Below, in pieces: positions 1 to 9,790 of a DNA stretch of 64,000 nucleotides. Each line of letters starts with the position of its first letter. The first letter of the stretch is position 1. Source of the DNA: Candidatus Firestoneibacteriota bacterium (GTDB lineage Bacteria > Oederibacteriota > D2-FULL-39-29); assembly GCA_026388015.1 (NCBI GenBank), contig JAPLKO010000059.1, positions 566-64,565 of the forward strand, given 5' to 3'. Position numbers and translations under genes: made by a program. The notes beneath the pieces were generated by a model, which worked only from the letters and a program-made list of their open reading frames with translations, was not told the origin of the DNA and did not search any database.

Positions 1-290
1 ATATACCCTATGTCCCGGTTCATTTTGTCTCCCTGAGCGGGGAATATACAATTACGGATTGGACTTTTGAGGCTTCTTTTGAATACAGGGGAGATATCTA
101 TTACTCTCAAACGCTTAACGGCAAGCTCAACGAAGCTCTTCTTGTTTCAGCAGGAGCCAGAAAAAGCTTTGGCGGCAATATAGCAGTTTTCGTCAGGGTA
201 GAAAACCTGCTAAACCTGGAATATCAAAATATTAAAGACTATTCACTTCCAAAAACAGCGCTTAAGGTCGGAGCCACGGTGAGTTTCTAA
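1..290 (+). CDS. 5'-truncated C-terminal end of an outer-membrane beta-barrel, probably a TonB-dependent receptor (…NLLNLEYQNIKDYSLPKTALKVGATVSF*)
   Basis: Open frame runs from the window start. The terminal Phe and alternating amphipathic beta-strand pattern are typical of OM beta-barrels/TBDRs. The downstream exbB-exbD-tonB genes support this. Confidence 0.5.
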   Translation, partial: IPYVPVHFVSLSGEYTITDWTFEASFEYRGDIYYSQTLNGKLNEALLVSAGARKSFGGNIAVFVRVENLLNLEYQNIKDYSLPKTALKVGATVSF

Positions 291-388
291 CAAAAGCGAC
301 TGACATGTTGACTTGCCACGCTGTTCAAGTTATAATAATTATTATTGATCGCTTGAAATTAAATTGTTTTTTATTTTAAGGAGGAAAT

Positions 389-1036
389 ATGTTCGAGAAT
401 ATGTCTTTTTTAAGCCTATTGGAGAAAGGCGGAATTGTTGTAATTGTTTTGATTCTTTGTTCAATACTTTCTCTGGCTGTTTTTTTTGAAAGGTTAAAAA
501 CGTTTTACGGGGTCAGGATGAAACTCATAGAAGAGGTTAAAAAAAAGGTAAGCAATATGGTCCTCGCCGGTAAAATATCAGAAGCCGTTACTTTCTGTGA
601 CAATTATGTCGTAAAATTTATGTTTTTCAAGGTCCCGTGTCCTTTAAATAATGTTTTTAAGGCAATTCTTTTTTCCTACAAGAAAGATAAACAGGAATTA
701 TCGGAAATAGCGATGAGAGCTGTCGACAAAGAAATGGTCGGACTGGAAAAATTTCTTGGAATTCTCGGTACTATAGGTAACATTTCCCTGTATATCGGTC
801 TTGTTGGGACCGTTATGGGAATTATGCATGCTTTTAAATCAATGTCAATAGAGTCGGCGGTCGGACCTTCGGTAGTTGCCGGCGGTATTGCCGAAGCCCT
901 TATTAACACCATTGCCGGTCTGATAGTGGCCATTACTTCTGTTGTTTTCTATAATGCCTTTACAAGACAGATAAAAAAACTTTTGGTGACCTTTGAAGAT
1001 AGTGCGGCGGAAATTATTGATATTATTAAAAAGTGA
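389..1036 (+). CDS. exbB: MotA/TolQ/ExbB proton-channel family protein
   Basis: 215 aa with three TM segments and a conserved C-terminal core (GIMHAFKSM…VGPSVVAGGIAEALINTIAGLIVAI) typical of ExbB/TolQ. An AGGAGG RBS lies upstream. The gene ends at TGA, so TGA is a stop here. Confidence 0.85.
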   Translation: MFENMSFLSLLEKGGIVVIVLILCSILSLAVFFERLKTFYGVRMKLIEEVKKKVSNMVLAGKISEAVTFCDNYVVKFMFFKVPCPLNNVFKAILFSYKKDKQELSEIAMRAVDKEMVGLEKFLGILGTIGNISLYIGLVGTVMGIMHAFKSMSIESAVGPSVVAGGIAEALINTIAGLIVAITSVVFYNAFTRQIKKLLVTFEDSAAEIIDIIKK

Positions 1037-1049
1037 ACGGAGGTCAGTC

Positions 1050-1460
1050 ATGAGACGCTATAGAGTAGACGATAAAATAATCTCCGAAATAAACATTACA
1101 CCGCTCACCGACGTGGCGTTGGTGCTGCTTATAATATTTATGGTAACAACGCCTATGATTCTTGCCGGCGGGATAAATGTAAAACTTCCTTCGGCAACTG
1201 CTGCGGATACTACGCCCCAGAGAAATATTACTATTTCTATAACACTGGACAACAAGGTCTATCTGAATGACAGGGAGACAGGGTTTGACGGGCTGCAGCC
1301 CGCTTTGGAACAATTCTTGAAAAACGAAAAGGATAAAACCGTAATACTAAACGCCGACAAGAATGTTATGCACGGACAGGTTGTGAGAGTTCTCGATATC
1401 GCTAAAAAGGCAGGAGCCGTAAAGCTGGCTATAGCTGCAGAAAGGGCAGGAGATAAATAA
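1050..1460 (+). CDS. exbD: ExbD/TolR biopolymer transport protein
   Basis: ITPLTDVALVLLIIFMVTTP is the ExbD/TolR TM motif. A GGAGG RBS sits 7 nt upstream of the ATG at 1050. The longer ORF-track start at 993 overlaps exbB and is unlikely to be real. Confidence 0.8.
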   Translation: MRRYRVDDKIISEINITPLTDVALVLLIIFMVTTPMILAGGINVKLPSATAADTTPQRNITISITLDNKVYLNDRETGFDGLQPALEQFLKNEKDKTVILNADKNVMHGQVVRVLDIAKKAGAVKLAIAAERAGDK

Positions 1461-2194
1461 TGCAGAAAAACGGCGATCTGAAGTATACTATTATCATTTC
1501 GCTTCTAATACATTTTTTATTGCTCCTCTGGTTATCATCTTACACTATCAAAGCCTCTGCCGGAAAGACGGTTTATCTTACCGAAATAACATTTCTTGCT
1601 GAAATGCCGTACGGCAAAGGATTGGGCCAAAAAGGAAAAACTGGGGATACCGGAATAAAAAATCCGGCTATAAAAATAGCCAAGAAAACTCCGGAAATAA
1701 AGACCTCCGCTCCCGCTGCAGAAGTAGTTGCACCGCTAAAAATAACTCCGCGTTCAAATGAGGAAATAGTAAAAATAAGAAAAGAAAATCCTATCGGGAT
1801 GGAGGAAACTGCCTTAAAGAGCGCGGCAGGTCTGATCGAAGATCCGTCTTTTGGCGGAGGGTATGGCGAAGATAATCTTCCTCCGGGAAGCGCGGACGGA
1901 AAACACGGAATAGAAGGTCCGATAGCTTCACGGGGTATCCTTTACCGAGCGCCGGCACTGTATCCTGAATGGGCCCGACGAAAAGGTATAGAAGGTGAAA
2001 TAAAGGCTCAAATAAAAGTTGATTCCAATGGAGACGTTTCTGACACCATAGTAATAAAAACTTGCGGTTTTAAGGAGCTTGACCAGGTGGTAATAGAATG
2101 TATGAGGAAATGGAAGTTTTCGCCTCTTCCTTTTTCTGCAAATAAAATAGATCAGGACGGCCGTATAACTTTTAAATTTAACCTTAAAAAGTGA
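1460..2194 (+). CDS. tonB: TonB family energy-transducer protein (C-terminal TonB domain)
   Basis: N-terminal TM anchor, a Pro/Lys-rich spacer, and a C-terminal TonB-like fold (GEIKAQIKVDSNGDVSDTIVIKTCG…KWKFSPL). The ATG overlaps the exbD stop, indicating translational coupling. Confidence 0.7.
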   Translation: MQKNGDLKYTIIISLLIHFLLLLWLSSYTIKASAGKTVYLTEITFLAEMPYGKGLGQKGKTGDTGIKNPAIKIAKKTPEIKTSAPAAEVVAPLKITPRSNEEIVKIRKENPIGMEETALKSAAGLIEDPSFGGGYGEDNLPPGSADGKHGIEGPIASRGILYRAPALYPEWARRKGIEGEIKAQIKVDSNGDVSDTIVIKTCGFKELDQVVIECMRKWKFSPLPFSANKIDQDGRITFKFNLKK

Positions 2195-2201
2195 TTTTTT
2201 A

Positions 2202-4298
2202 ATGAAAACGTTATTTCTTGGCGTAACTGTTTATATAATTTTCTTTTCTATCGGCACTTGCGGGATGGCTCCGGCTAAAGCTACCGAAAAGGAGCTGACT
2301 CCTGCCGGAAAAAAAGAGCAGTCAGCCGTTGTTTCTTCCGCGTCTTCAGATAAGATTGTTCTTTCGATCCCTGCTGATTTTACAAAAAGAATGAGGGAAG
2401 CGACCTTTGATTATTATAGCGGTAATTTTACCGGAGCTATTGATAAATACCTGTCTTTAATAAAGTCTACCGGTTCTGAAACAGCTTTGGCTAACCTCGC
2501 CACAGTTTATAAGGATACCGGTTTTTATTCTGATGCTGTCAGGAATTACGAAGCAGCTCTAAGAATAAAAGAGGATTCTTTTTGGCGACTCAACCTGGGC
2601 TATTGCCGTTTCTACATGAAGGATTTTAACGGAGCGGAAGCCGACCTTGAAAATGTCCTTAACGCTCAGGCTATTTTGTCGGAGAGGGACGCGGATGCTT
2701 TAAAAGTAGAAATACTTGCGTTATTCGGACTCGGTTTGATCGCTAGCGAAAAAAAAGAGGATATCCGTTCGGTGGCAATGTACAAAAAAGTCCTGGAACT
2801 TGATATTCGTCTTTCGCAAGTGCATCTCTTGCTCGGGGATTATTATCTTGGGGCGGGAGATATTGAAAAGGCGTTGGTCTGCTACAGGGATACGGTTAAA
2901 TACGATAAAAGTTATTATAAGGCTAATCTTAAAATGGCCGAAATATATAACAGAAAAGGAAAATACGCAGAGGCCTTTGAGAACTACAAAAAGGTTTCCT
3001 ATATTGAGCCGGGTAACAAAGAGGTGCAGAAAAAGCTGGGCGAGACCGCATCTAAAGCTGCCGGGTATATCAAGACATCTGAAGCAGAAAAAGAAATAAT
3101 ACGAAAAAAAACAAAAAGTTTGACGGTGGATTTTATTAAGGACGCTGTGGCAATACCGCTGCTTGAGGTAGAGCTTGTAAAAGGCGCTGAATATTTGAGG
3201 GTTAAGTGCGCCGGCAAGTACAATATATATTACGGTCAACAGATAGTGGGGAAAGGCGAACCCGAAGAAGAACTCCGGATTGCGGCAGGAGGGGCTTTGA
3301 TTTACTTAAAAAGCTCTGTAGCTTTAAAATCAACGGAGATTACGGTAAAAAGCAGCGGTATACTTTACCTTGTTCCGGAACTTAAGTCTGCCGCTTTTAC
3401 GGTCTTTGATATAACTATGGATAGAGGTTATTTTTGGGCAAACGAAAAAGACCGCAGTTACCGCGGTGTAATAAAAATTGCCGCCGAAACCGGGAGGCTC
3501 CGTCTGATAAATGAAATTAATCTGGAAGAATATCTTTACAGTGTAGTGCCTTCCGAAATAGGCTCAGGCGCAAACATAGAAGCTTTAAAAGCACAGGCCG
3601 TTGTGGCAAGAAGCTATATTTACAGGAAAATAGAAAAGAACGGAGGGCGTACTGATTTTCATCTTTGCGCTGATGTTCATTGTCAGGCGTATGCCGGCAT
3701 ACAGACAGAACAGGAAAGTACTACAAAGGCCGTCGATTTGACCAGAGGAGAAGTGGCCTCTGACGGCGAAACAACAGTTCCTGCGTATTTCTTTTCCAGT
3801 TGCGGAGGACGCACTGCAGATGTTTCAGAAGTTTGGGGTGGGGATAAATGCAAAAACCTTTCAGGGGTCGGTGATTATGAAGAAGTGGAGCAAAAAGAAT
3901 GCTATAAGGATTGGCCTTTGACTCCTGAAAACCTGGACCGCTGGATTAAGCTTTCTCCCGGGGCTTACTGCTCAAAATACGGGGCCTACAGGTGGTTTCA
4001 TTTTATTAAACCGGAGGAAGCCGGAGCTTTTAAAATAATCAAAAGGGATACAAACGGCTACGTCAGAGAATCTCGTTTGGGTGCAAAGACATATCTTTTG
4101 GACCTGAATAGGGGCGCGCTTTTTGGACTCCGGAGTTCTTTTTTTAAAGTTGAAAACAATCTTGTTTTTGGCTGCGGGTGGGGCCATGGAGTCGGGATGT
4201 GCCAGGAAGGAGCAAAGGGAATGGCTGCTGCAAAAAAAAATTATAAAGAAATAATTACCCGCTATTATAAGTGCAGTACCAAGAAAGTGTATGGGTAA
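2202..4298 (+). CDS. TPR-repeat protein fused to a SpoIID/LytB domain (amidase-enhancer/cell-wall remodelling type)
   Basis: Signal peptide and TPR-like repeats in the N-terminal half. A SpoIID-like core lies in the C-terminal half (EINLEEYLYSVVPSEIG…ALKAQAVVARSYIY…SCGGRTADVSEVWG). Confidence 0.65.
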   Translation: MKTLFLGVTVYIIFFSIGTCGMAPAKATEKELTPAGKKEQSAVVSSASSDKIVLSIPADFTKRMREATFDYYSGNFTGAIDKYLSLIKSTGSETALANLATVYKDTGFYSDAVRNYEAALRIKEDSFWRLNLGYCRFYMKDFNGAEADLENVLNAQAILSERDADALKVEILALFGLGLIASEKKEDIRSVAMYKKVLELDIRLSQVHLLLGDYYLGAGDIEKALVCYRDTVKYDKSYYKANLKMAEIYNRKGKYAEAFENYKKVSYIEPGNKEVQKKLGETASKAAGYIKTSEAEKEIIRKKTKSLTVDFIKDAVAIPLLEVELVKGAEYLRVKCAGKYNIYYGQQIVGKGEPEEELRIAAGGALIYLKSSVALKSTEITVKSSGILYLVPELKSAAFTVFDITMDRGYFWANEKDRSYRGVIKIAAETGRLRLINEINLEEYLYSVVPSEIGSGANIEALKAQAVVARSYIYRKIEKNGGRTDFHLCADVHCQAYAGIQTEQESTTKAVDLTRGEVASDGETTVPAYFFSSCGGRTADVSEVWGGDKCKNLSGVGDYEEVEQKECYKDWPLTPENLDRWIKLSPGAYCSKYGAYRWFHFIKPEEAGAFKIIKRDTNGYVRESRLGAKTYLLDLNRGALFGLRSSFFKVENNLVFGCGWGHGVGMCQEGAKGMAAAKKNYKEIITRYYKCSTKKVYG

Positions 4299-4430
4299 GG
4301 TGCGGCTGAAGTGAGAAAAAAAGAATTTTTCAAATAATAATTTAGAAAACGGAAAACACTGTATTATATGGGGGAAGGTTGGAATGTTTAAACTATTTAA
4401 TAATCGTTGTGTTAATATCAGGAGGCCGTA

Positions 4431-4691
4431 ATGCTTAATAATGAGAGTGGCAAACAGATAAATATTGAGATAGACGAAGAGACAAGCAAAGGTATTTACT
4501 CAAATTTTGTAGTGGTCTCTCACAATGAGGCCGAGTTTGTTATGGATTTTGTTTTTATCTTCCCGCAGCAGCAGAAAAATAAAGTGGGAGCCAGGATAAT
4601 TTCGTCACCTTCTCATGTGAAAAGGTTCATGATGGCGCTCACGGAGAATGTAAAAAAATACGAAGAAAAACACGGCCCTATTCCTGTATGA
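4431..4691 (+). CDS. DUF3467-like small protein
   Basis: 86 aa. The …YSNFVVVSHNEAEFVMDFVFIFP… pattern resembles DUF3467. An AGGAGG RBS lies upstream, and there is a 4-nt overlap with birA. Confidence 0.45.
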   Translation: MLNNESGKQINIEIDEETSKGIYSNFVVVSHNEAEFVMDFVFIFPQQQKNKVGARIISSPSHVKRFMMALTENVKKYEEKHGPIPV

Positions 4692-5665
4692 ATAAGCCTG
4701 ACAAAGAGGAGCAAATACTCAATTTGCTTAAAGCCGCGCGCGAGGATTATATTTCAGGAGAAGCGCTCAGTAAAAAATTTGGAGTTACCCGCGCTTCTAT
4801 ATGGAAAAATATACATGCTTTAATGAAGCAGGGCTACGGCATAGAAAGGCGACCGAATACCGGGTACAAGCTGATTTCTTCTCCGGACAAAGTGTTGCCG
4901 GCAGAGATAAGGGAAGGACTTGAAACTGAATATATAGGACGGGAGCTTTATTGTTTTAATGAGGCGGGCTCGACCAATGAAATTGCAATGAAGCTGGCTG
5001 AAGGCGCGGTCACAGAAGGAACTGTGGTAATTGCCGAAAAGCAGACCGCAGGAAAAGGCCGGCTGGGACGAAAATGGCTCTCACCGGCAGGCGCCGGCTT
5101 GTGGTTTTCTATAATCCTTAAGCCTAAAATCAGCCCGCAGCATTCTGCAAAGCTTACCTTTGTCGCAGGTTTGGCCGTGCTGGACGCAATAAGAACGGTT
5201 TCCGGTTTACAGGCCGGATTAAAATGGCCAAACGATTTGCTTGTGAACGGCAAAAAAGTATGCGGCATTCTGACAGAGATAAAATCCGGTCCTGATATTA
5301 TAAATTATCAGGTGCTCGGAATCGGCATTAATGTTAATATCAGCGAAAAGGAGTTTCCCGAGGCGCTAAGAGCTACAGCTACATCATTAGCGCAGGAAGC
5401 GAAGAAAGAAGTTGCGCGCCTTAGATTACTAAAAGAAATACTTAAAAACATTGAAACGGGATATGAAGTTTTTAAAAAAGAAGGATTTAAACAGTTTCTA
5501 ATCCGATGGAAAGAGCATTCTGTAACTCTAAACCGTAAAGTAAAGGTTGCGGGGCTCCTGGAAAGCTGGGAAGGCCTTGCTCTTGATATTGATGAAGATT
5601 GTGCCTTGATAGTGCGTCTGGATTCGGGGGAGAAAAAAAGAGTGTTGAGCGGCGATGTATCATAA
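4688..5665 (+). CDS. birA: Bifunctional biotin--[acetyl-CoA-carboxylase] ligase / biotin operon repressor
   Basis: N-terminal HTH and the biotin-binding signature GRLGRKWLSPAGAGLWFS (the GRGRxGRxW motif). Total length is 325 aa. Confidence 0.85.
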   Translation: MNKPDKEEQILNLLKAAREDYISGEALSKKFGVTRASIWKNIHALMKQGYGIERRPNTGYKLISSPDKVLPAEIREGLETEYIGRELYCFNEAGSTNEIAMKLAEGAVTEGTVVIAEKQTAGKGRLGRKWLSPAGAGLWFSIILKPKISPQHSAKLTFVAGLAVLDAIRTVSGLQAGLKWPNDLLVNGKKVCGILTEIKSGPDIINYQVLGIGINVNISEKEFPEALRATATSLAQEAKKEVARLRLLKEILKNIETGYEVFKKEGFKQFLIRWKEHSVTLNRKVKVAGLLESWEGLALDIDEDCALIVRLDSGEKKRVLSGDVS

Positions 5666-6377
5666 AAAAATATATTTAAACATAGGCAATTCTTTTACGG
5701 TGGCGGGTTGTTTTCGAAAAAACAGTTTCGTCCCTCTTCTTAGGGTTCCGTCAAAAGAGGTTTTCTTAAAAAAAATCCCGTTCTTAAAAGAAAAAAATTG
5801 CGGCTCTGTAGTTATCGCTTCGGTAGTTCCTGCGCTTGAGAAAGCGGCGTTAAAAATATTAAAAAAAAGAGCTTTTGTTCTCAGGAATAAGAATGTACCG
5901 GTCTTGAACTTGTATGAAAATAAAAACAGTGTCGGTGTTGACAGGCTGCTTGTTTCTTTAGGCGCTTATAAAAAGTACGGAGGCCCCTGTATTGTTGTGG
6001 ATTTTGGCACAGCCACTACGATTAATGTAATTACAAAAAATAGAGAGTTCAAAGGCGGAGTTATCTGTCCCGGAGCTTCATTGTTTTCAAAGTATTTATT
6101 TGAAAACACCTCCAAATTACCGTATGTTAAAATAGCTCCGGTCAAAAGGGCTGTCGGAAGAAATACAAAAGAATGTATAAGAGCAGGAATATACATTGGT
6201 TATATAGAAATGATAAGCGGTTTGTTGCGCAGGGTAAAAAAAGAAACTGCTGGAAAGACTAAAATAGTAGCTACCGGAGGCTGGGGAAAAGTGTTTTTCT
6301 CAAACATAAAAGAGATTTCAAGCTATGAGCCGTTCCTTGTTTTTTACGGGATGGCGGATGCAAGCAATGAAGAGTAA
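5655..6377 (+). CDS. coaX: Type III pantothenate kinase
   Basis: Motifs LNIGNSFTV…VVDFGTATTINV and the C-terminal ATGGWG fit the CoaX/Baf family. The 11-nt overlap with birA matches the common birA-coaX linkage. Confidence 0.8.
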   Translation: MYHKKIYLNIGNSFTVAGCFRKNSFVPLLRVPSKEVFLKKIPFLKEKNCGSVVIASVVPALEKAALKILKKRAFVLRNKNVPVLNLYENKNSVGVDRLLVSLGAYKKYGGPCIVVDFGTATTINVITKNREFKGGVICPGASLFSKYLFENTSKLPYVKIAPVKRAVGRNTKECIRAGIYIGYIEMISGLLRRVKKETAGKTKIVATGGWGKVFFSNIKEISSYEPFLVFYGMADASNEE

Positions 6378-6548
6378 AGCGCAGAAACCGGCTATTATTT
6401 TCGGTACTTTGCGGCGGAGCTCTCTTTTGGTAAATCACTGCCGAATGCGGCAACAGAGCGCTTGGATTTCAAGCTTGTTATTAAGCATGAGTTTGGTATA
6501 TAATTATCCAAGTGTTATTTTCCAGTCAATGTTTTGGAGGTATTTATA

Positions 6549-7376
6549 ATGTCAATAAGATCAGCAATTCTGTTGCTGGCGGTGTTTACAGTTTTTACGG
6601 GATGTTCAAAAGTAATTAGGCCTGCCGACAAACCAATCTATGACAAGACAGTCTTGTCAATTGATTTGGCAAAAGCAGAGATTACGGCGGCAGAGAAAGC
6701 GCCGACATTGAAAGAGCTTTATGGAACATATAGTAACGCAAAGTCCTTTCTTGTCGCCGCTGAAGGTTTATTGGAAAAAGGAGAATATGTAAAAGCAATA
6801 GAGACCGCAAACAAGTCTGTTGACGCTGCAAAGAGTATTATAGAATTGCCGGCAATAGTGCAGCGCCTTATTGACGAGACAGAGCGAAATCTACAACTTG
6901 CCAAAGAAGTGGGTATGGATAAGACCGCAGGTAAAATTATTCAGGAAGTTAACAATAGCATTGTGGATGCGCAAGAAAATGTAAGGAAGAATAAATATGA
7001 GGCAGCGAAGAGCTCTGTCTCCCGGGGGCTCGCTGCAATAAAAAAAGCGAATAAAGATGTAGAAAAAGCTACCGGCGAATTAACAAAGGCAAAAACGGCG
7101 CTTGCGGAAGCAAAGGATGCAAATGCGGATAAATTAGCGCCGGAGATGTATAAGAATATTGAGGAAGCTATTAAAACTGCCGCTGCTTCAATGGAAAAAG
7201 CAGAGTTTACGCAAGCCGCAGATTCAGCTGCTAAGGCATATCAACTTGCGAATGACGCCATAGTAAAAGCAAAAGAAGAAGCGTTAAAATTGCAAAAGAA
7301 GCAGGAGAATGTTGCTGCTCCTGTTTCCCCTGTCAGGACGCCTGTTGTGGTCCCGGAGACAGAACCGAAAAAGTAG
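6549..7376 (+). CDS. Ala/Lys-rich coiled-coil lipoprotein, function unknown
   Basis: Signal peptide plus lipobox (LAVFTVFTGC|S). The rest is a low-complexity A/K/E helical region. A GGAGG RBS sits 9 nt upstream of the ATG at 6549. Confidence 0.55.
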   Translation: MSIRSAILLLAVFTVFTGCSKVIRPADKPIYDKTVLSIDLAKAEITAAEKAPTLKELYGTYSNAKSFLVAAEGLLEKGEYVKAIETANKSVDAAKSIIELPAIVQRLIDETERNLQLAKEVGMDKTAGKIIQEVNNSIVDAQENVRKNKYEAAKSSVSRGLAAIKKANKDVEKATGELTKAKTALAEAKDANADKLAPEMYKNIEEAIKTAAASMEKAEFTQAADSAAKAYQLANDAIVKAKEEALKLQKKQENVAAPVSPVRTPVVVPETEPKK

Positions 7377-7407
7377 GATAATTCTTAAAACTAGTCTGGA
7401 GGAAATT

Positions 7408-7725
7408 ATGGCTATGACATTTACAGATGCAAACTTCGATAAGGAAGTATTCAAAGCAAAAGAACCTGTGCTTGTGGATTTTTGGGCGGAATGGTGCGGG
7501 CCGTGTAAGATGCTTGGTCCGACAATTGAAGAACTTGCAAAAGAATACAGCGGAAAAATCAAGATAGGTAAAGTAAATGTAGACGAAAACCCGGGCATCA
7601 GTTCAAAGTTTGGAATTCGGTCCATCCCGACGCTTCTTATGTTTAAAGACGGCGAAATAGCAGGGCAAATGATGGGTGCGCAGCCTAAAGCTTCAATTAA
7701 AATTAAGCTCGATGCGTTGCTTTAG
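7408..7725 (+). CDS. trxA: Thioredoxin
   Basis: WCGPC active site (FWAEWCGPCKM) in a 106-aa protein. A GGAGG RBS lies upstream. Confidence 0.9.
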   Translation: MAMTFTDANFDKEVFKAKEPVLVDFWAEWCGPCKMLGPTIEELAKEYSGKIKIGKVNVDENPGISSKFGIRSIPTLLMFKDGEIAGQMMGAQPKASIKIKLDALL

Positions 7726-7731
7726 AAACCA

Positions 7732-8952
7732 ATGGTAAATATAACGGCCTTTAAGGCCTTAAAATATAACCCCGCAAAATTCAAAACGCTTGATAAAGTG
7801 GTCTCTCTTCCTTATGATGTAATTACAAACAAGATGCAGGAAGAATACTACCGTAAATCTGATAAAAACATTGTCAGAGTTATCTTAAGAAAAGAAGGCG
7901 GCAAAGGGGACCGTTACCTGCAAGCCGCAAAAGAATTTAAAAGCTGGGCGGAAGAGGGTACTCTTGTTTATGAAGAGAAGCCTGTTTTTTACGTGCATCA
8001 GCAGCAGTTTTATCTGGGTAAAGAAAAATTGGTGCGGACCGGTATTTTGTGTTTGGTAAGACTCGAAGAGTTTTCAAAAAAGAAAGTTTTGCCCCACGAA
8101 CATACTTTTCCCTCTCATAAAGCGGACCGTCTAAAACTCTTGGAAGCCTGCGGTTCTAATATGAGTCCTATTTTTGGGCTTTATGAAGGTTCCTATAACT
8201 TTAAAAACATTGTTTCAAAAAAGCCTGCTGCTGTTTTTAAGATGAAAGATAAAAATGGCGTAGTTTTGAATAAAGTTTGGTGTGTGCGGGATGAGAAGAA
8301 CTTGCTTAGCGCCGTAAAAGCTTTTAAGAATAAAAAAGTATTTATTGCAGACGGTCACCACCGGTACGAGGTAGGTCTGTTCTTTAGAAATAAGATGAGG
8401 AAATTATATCCTGCATCTACCGACTCCTCCTGGAATTATATAATGTTCACGCTTGTATCGTTGCATGATAAAGGTCTCATTGTCCTTCCGACGCACCGTC
8501 TGGTAAAGTTCGTATTTAAGGTGAGCAAACAGAACATGTTTAAAACGCTTTCTCCCTTTTTCGAAATAACAGAGGTGAAAGTCCCTGTAAGTAAAGATAT
8601 TATCCTGTATACCGACAACAGATACTATGTTCTAAAGCCCAAAGGGAAAAAAGTGTTCTCTGTAATAAAAGAAAAACATTCACTGACCTGGAAAAAACTG
8701 CCAACGTCTTTGTTACACCACCTGATTCTAAAAAAATTGCCGCAAACAAAAGAAACCGCCTATACTCGTGATATTTCTGAAGTTAAAGAGAAAGTTAACA
8801 ACGGGTCTTTCCATGCAGGGTTTATTATTCCAGATATCTCAGCGAAGACCATAATGGATCTATCCTATAAAATGGAAAAAATGCCTCACAAAACGACGTA
8901 TTTCTACCCCAAACTCCCTGTTGGTATTGCCTTTAATAAGTTTTCAGATTAA
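7732..8952 (+). CDS. DUF1015-like protein (conserved ADGHHR motif), function unknown
   Basis: 406 aa containing the IADGHHRYEV motif, which I recall from DUF1015. Only 7 nt separate it from trxA. Confidence 0.45.
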   Translation: MVNITAFKALKYNPAKFKTLDKVVSLPYDVITNKMQEEYYRKSDKNIVRVILRKEGGKGDRYLQAAKEFKSWAEEGTLVYEEKPVFYVHQQQFYLGKEKLVRTGILCLVRLEEFSKKKVLPHEHTFPSHKADRLKLLEACGSNMSPIFGLYEGSYNFKNIVSKKPAAVFKMKDKNGVVLNKVWCVRDEKNLLSAVKAFKNKKVFIADGHHRYEVGLFFRNKMRKLYPASTDSSWNYIMFTLVSLHDKGLIVLPTHRLVKFVFKVSKQNMFKTLSPFFEITEVKVPVSKDIILYTDNRYYVLKPKGKKVFSVIKEKHSLTWKKLPTSLLHHLILKKLPQTKETAYTRDISEVKEKVNNGSFHAGFIIPDISAKTIMDLSYKMEKMPHKTTYFYPKLPVGIAFNKFSD

Positions 8953-9081
8953 CAACAATAGTTTTTGTCTGAAGAAACCTATTCTATTAGTGTTATCTGA
9001 CAAGCTTTTTGAGCCGCATGTAATGCGCATGTTGTATGCCGGAAAAACTCACTTTGCAAATTATTTACAGCTAGTATGTTT

Positions 9082-9110
9082 TTGACATAAGCTAAGAACT
9101 GTGTTAAAAT
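9082..9110 (+). promoter_or_regulatory. Sigma70-type promoter (TTGACA-17 nt-TAAAAT) for the M50-trpS-scpAB-pilZ operon
   Basis: TTGACA at 9082-9087, a 17-nt spacer, then TAAAAT at 9105-9110, about 40 nt upstream of the M50 protease start. Confidence 0.6.
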
Positions 9111-9148
9111 GTATATGTTATATATGCATTGTTTTATAGGAGTTTCTT

Positions 9149-9790
9149 TTGTTTGAAAGCGGATATCTGCAGATAAAACTAATACTCTTGCCCGTGATAC
9201 TATTGGCTTTAACTGTGCACGAATTTGCGCATGCGTTTGTGGCTAATCTAAGGGGAGACGGGACCGCAAAGGCAATGGGAAGGATGACTCTTAATCCCTG
9301 GCCGCATATTGATATTATCGGATTAATATGCATTATATTAACACCCTTCGGATGGGCGAAACCGGTTCCCATCAATCCTGCTAATTTTAAAAATCCAAAA
9401 AGAGATGAAATTTATGTTTCTCTTGCCGGAGTTGCCGCAAATCTTCTTCAAGCCCTCTTGTTTGGTCTCATAATACGCTTTGTTGATTTAACCGTATTTG
9501 GCAGCTATATTTCAATAGTGCAGACAATGCTTATTACCTCAGTGGCGATTAACTGCGGACTTGCGGTTTTTAACCTTATTCCGATACCTCCGCTTGATGG
9601 CTCGCATGTGCTTAAAGAATTACTTCCGTATAAGCTGGCAACCAAATACGTCGGATTGTTTGCGAATCCTACAGCCGGCTTTATAGTGCTTGCGGGGTTT
9701 ATTATTCTATTAAACAGTGGACTTAGCGTGGTGCTAACAATTCCAATAACTTTTCTTGTTAGAATATTTTCCGGAGTCAACATATCATGA
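9149..9790 (+). CDS. Site-2 protease family (peptidase M50) intramembrane metalloprotease
   Basis: HExxH in a TM helix (LTVHEFAHAFVA) and a polytopic membrane topology. At 213 aa it has no PDZ domain. Confidence 0.75.
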   Translation: MFESGYLQIKLILLPVILLALTVHEFAHAFVANLRGDGTAKAMGRMTLNPWPHIDIIGLICIILTPFGWAKPVPINPANFKNPKRDEIYVSLAGVAANLLQALLFGLIIRFVDLTVFGSYISIVQTMLITSVAINCGLAVFNLIPIPPLDGSHVLKELLPYKLATKYVGLFANPTAGFIVLAGFIILLNSGLSVVLTIPITFLVRIFSGVNIS

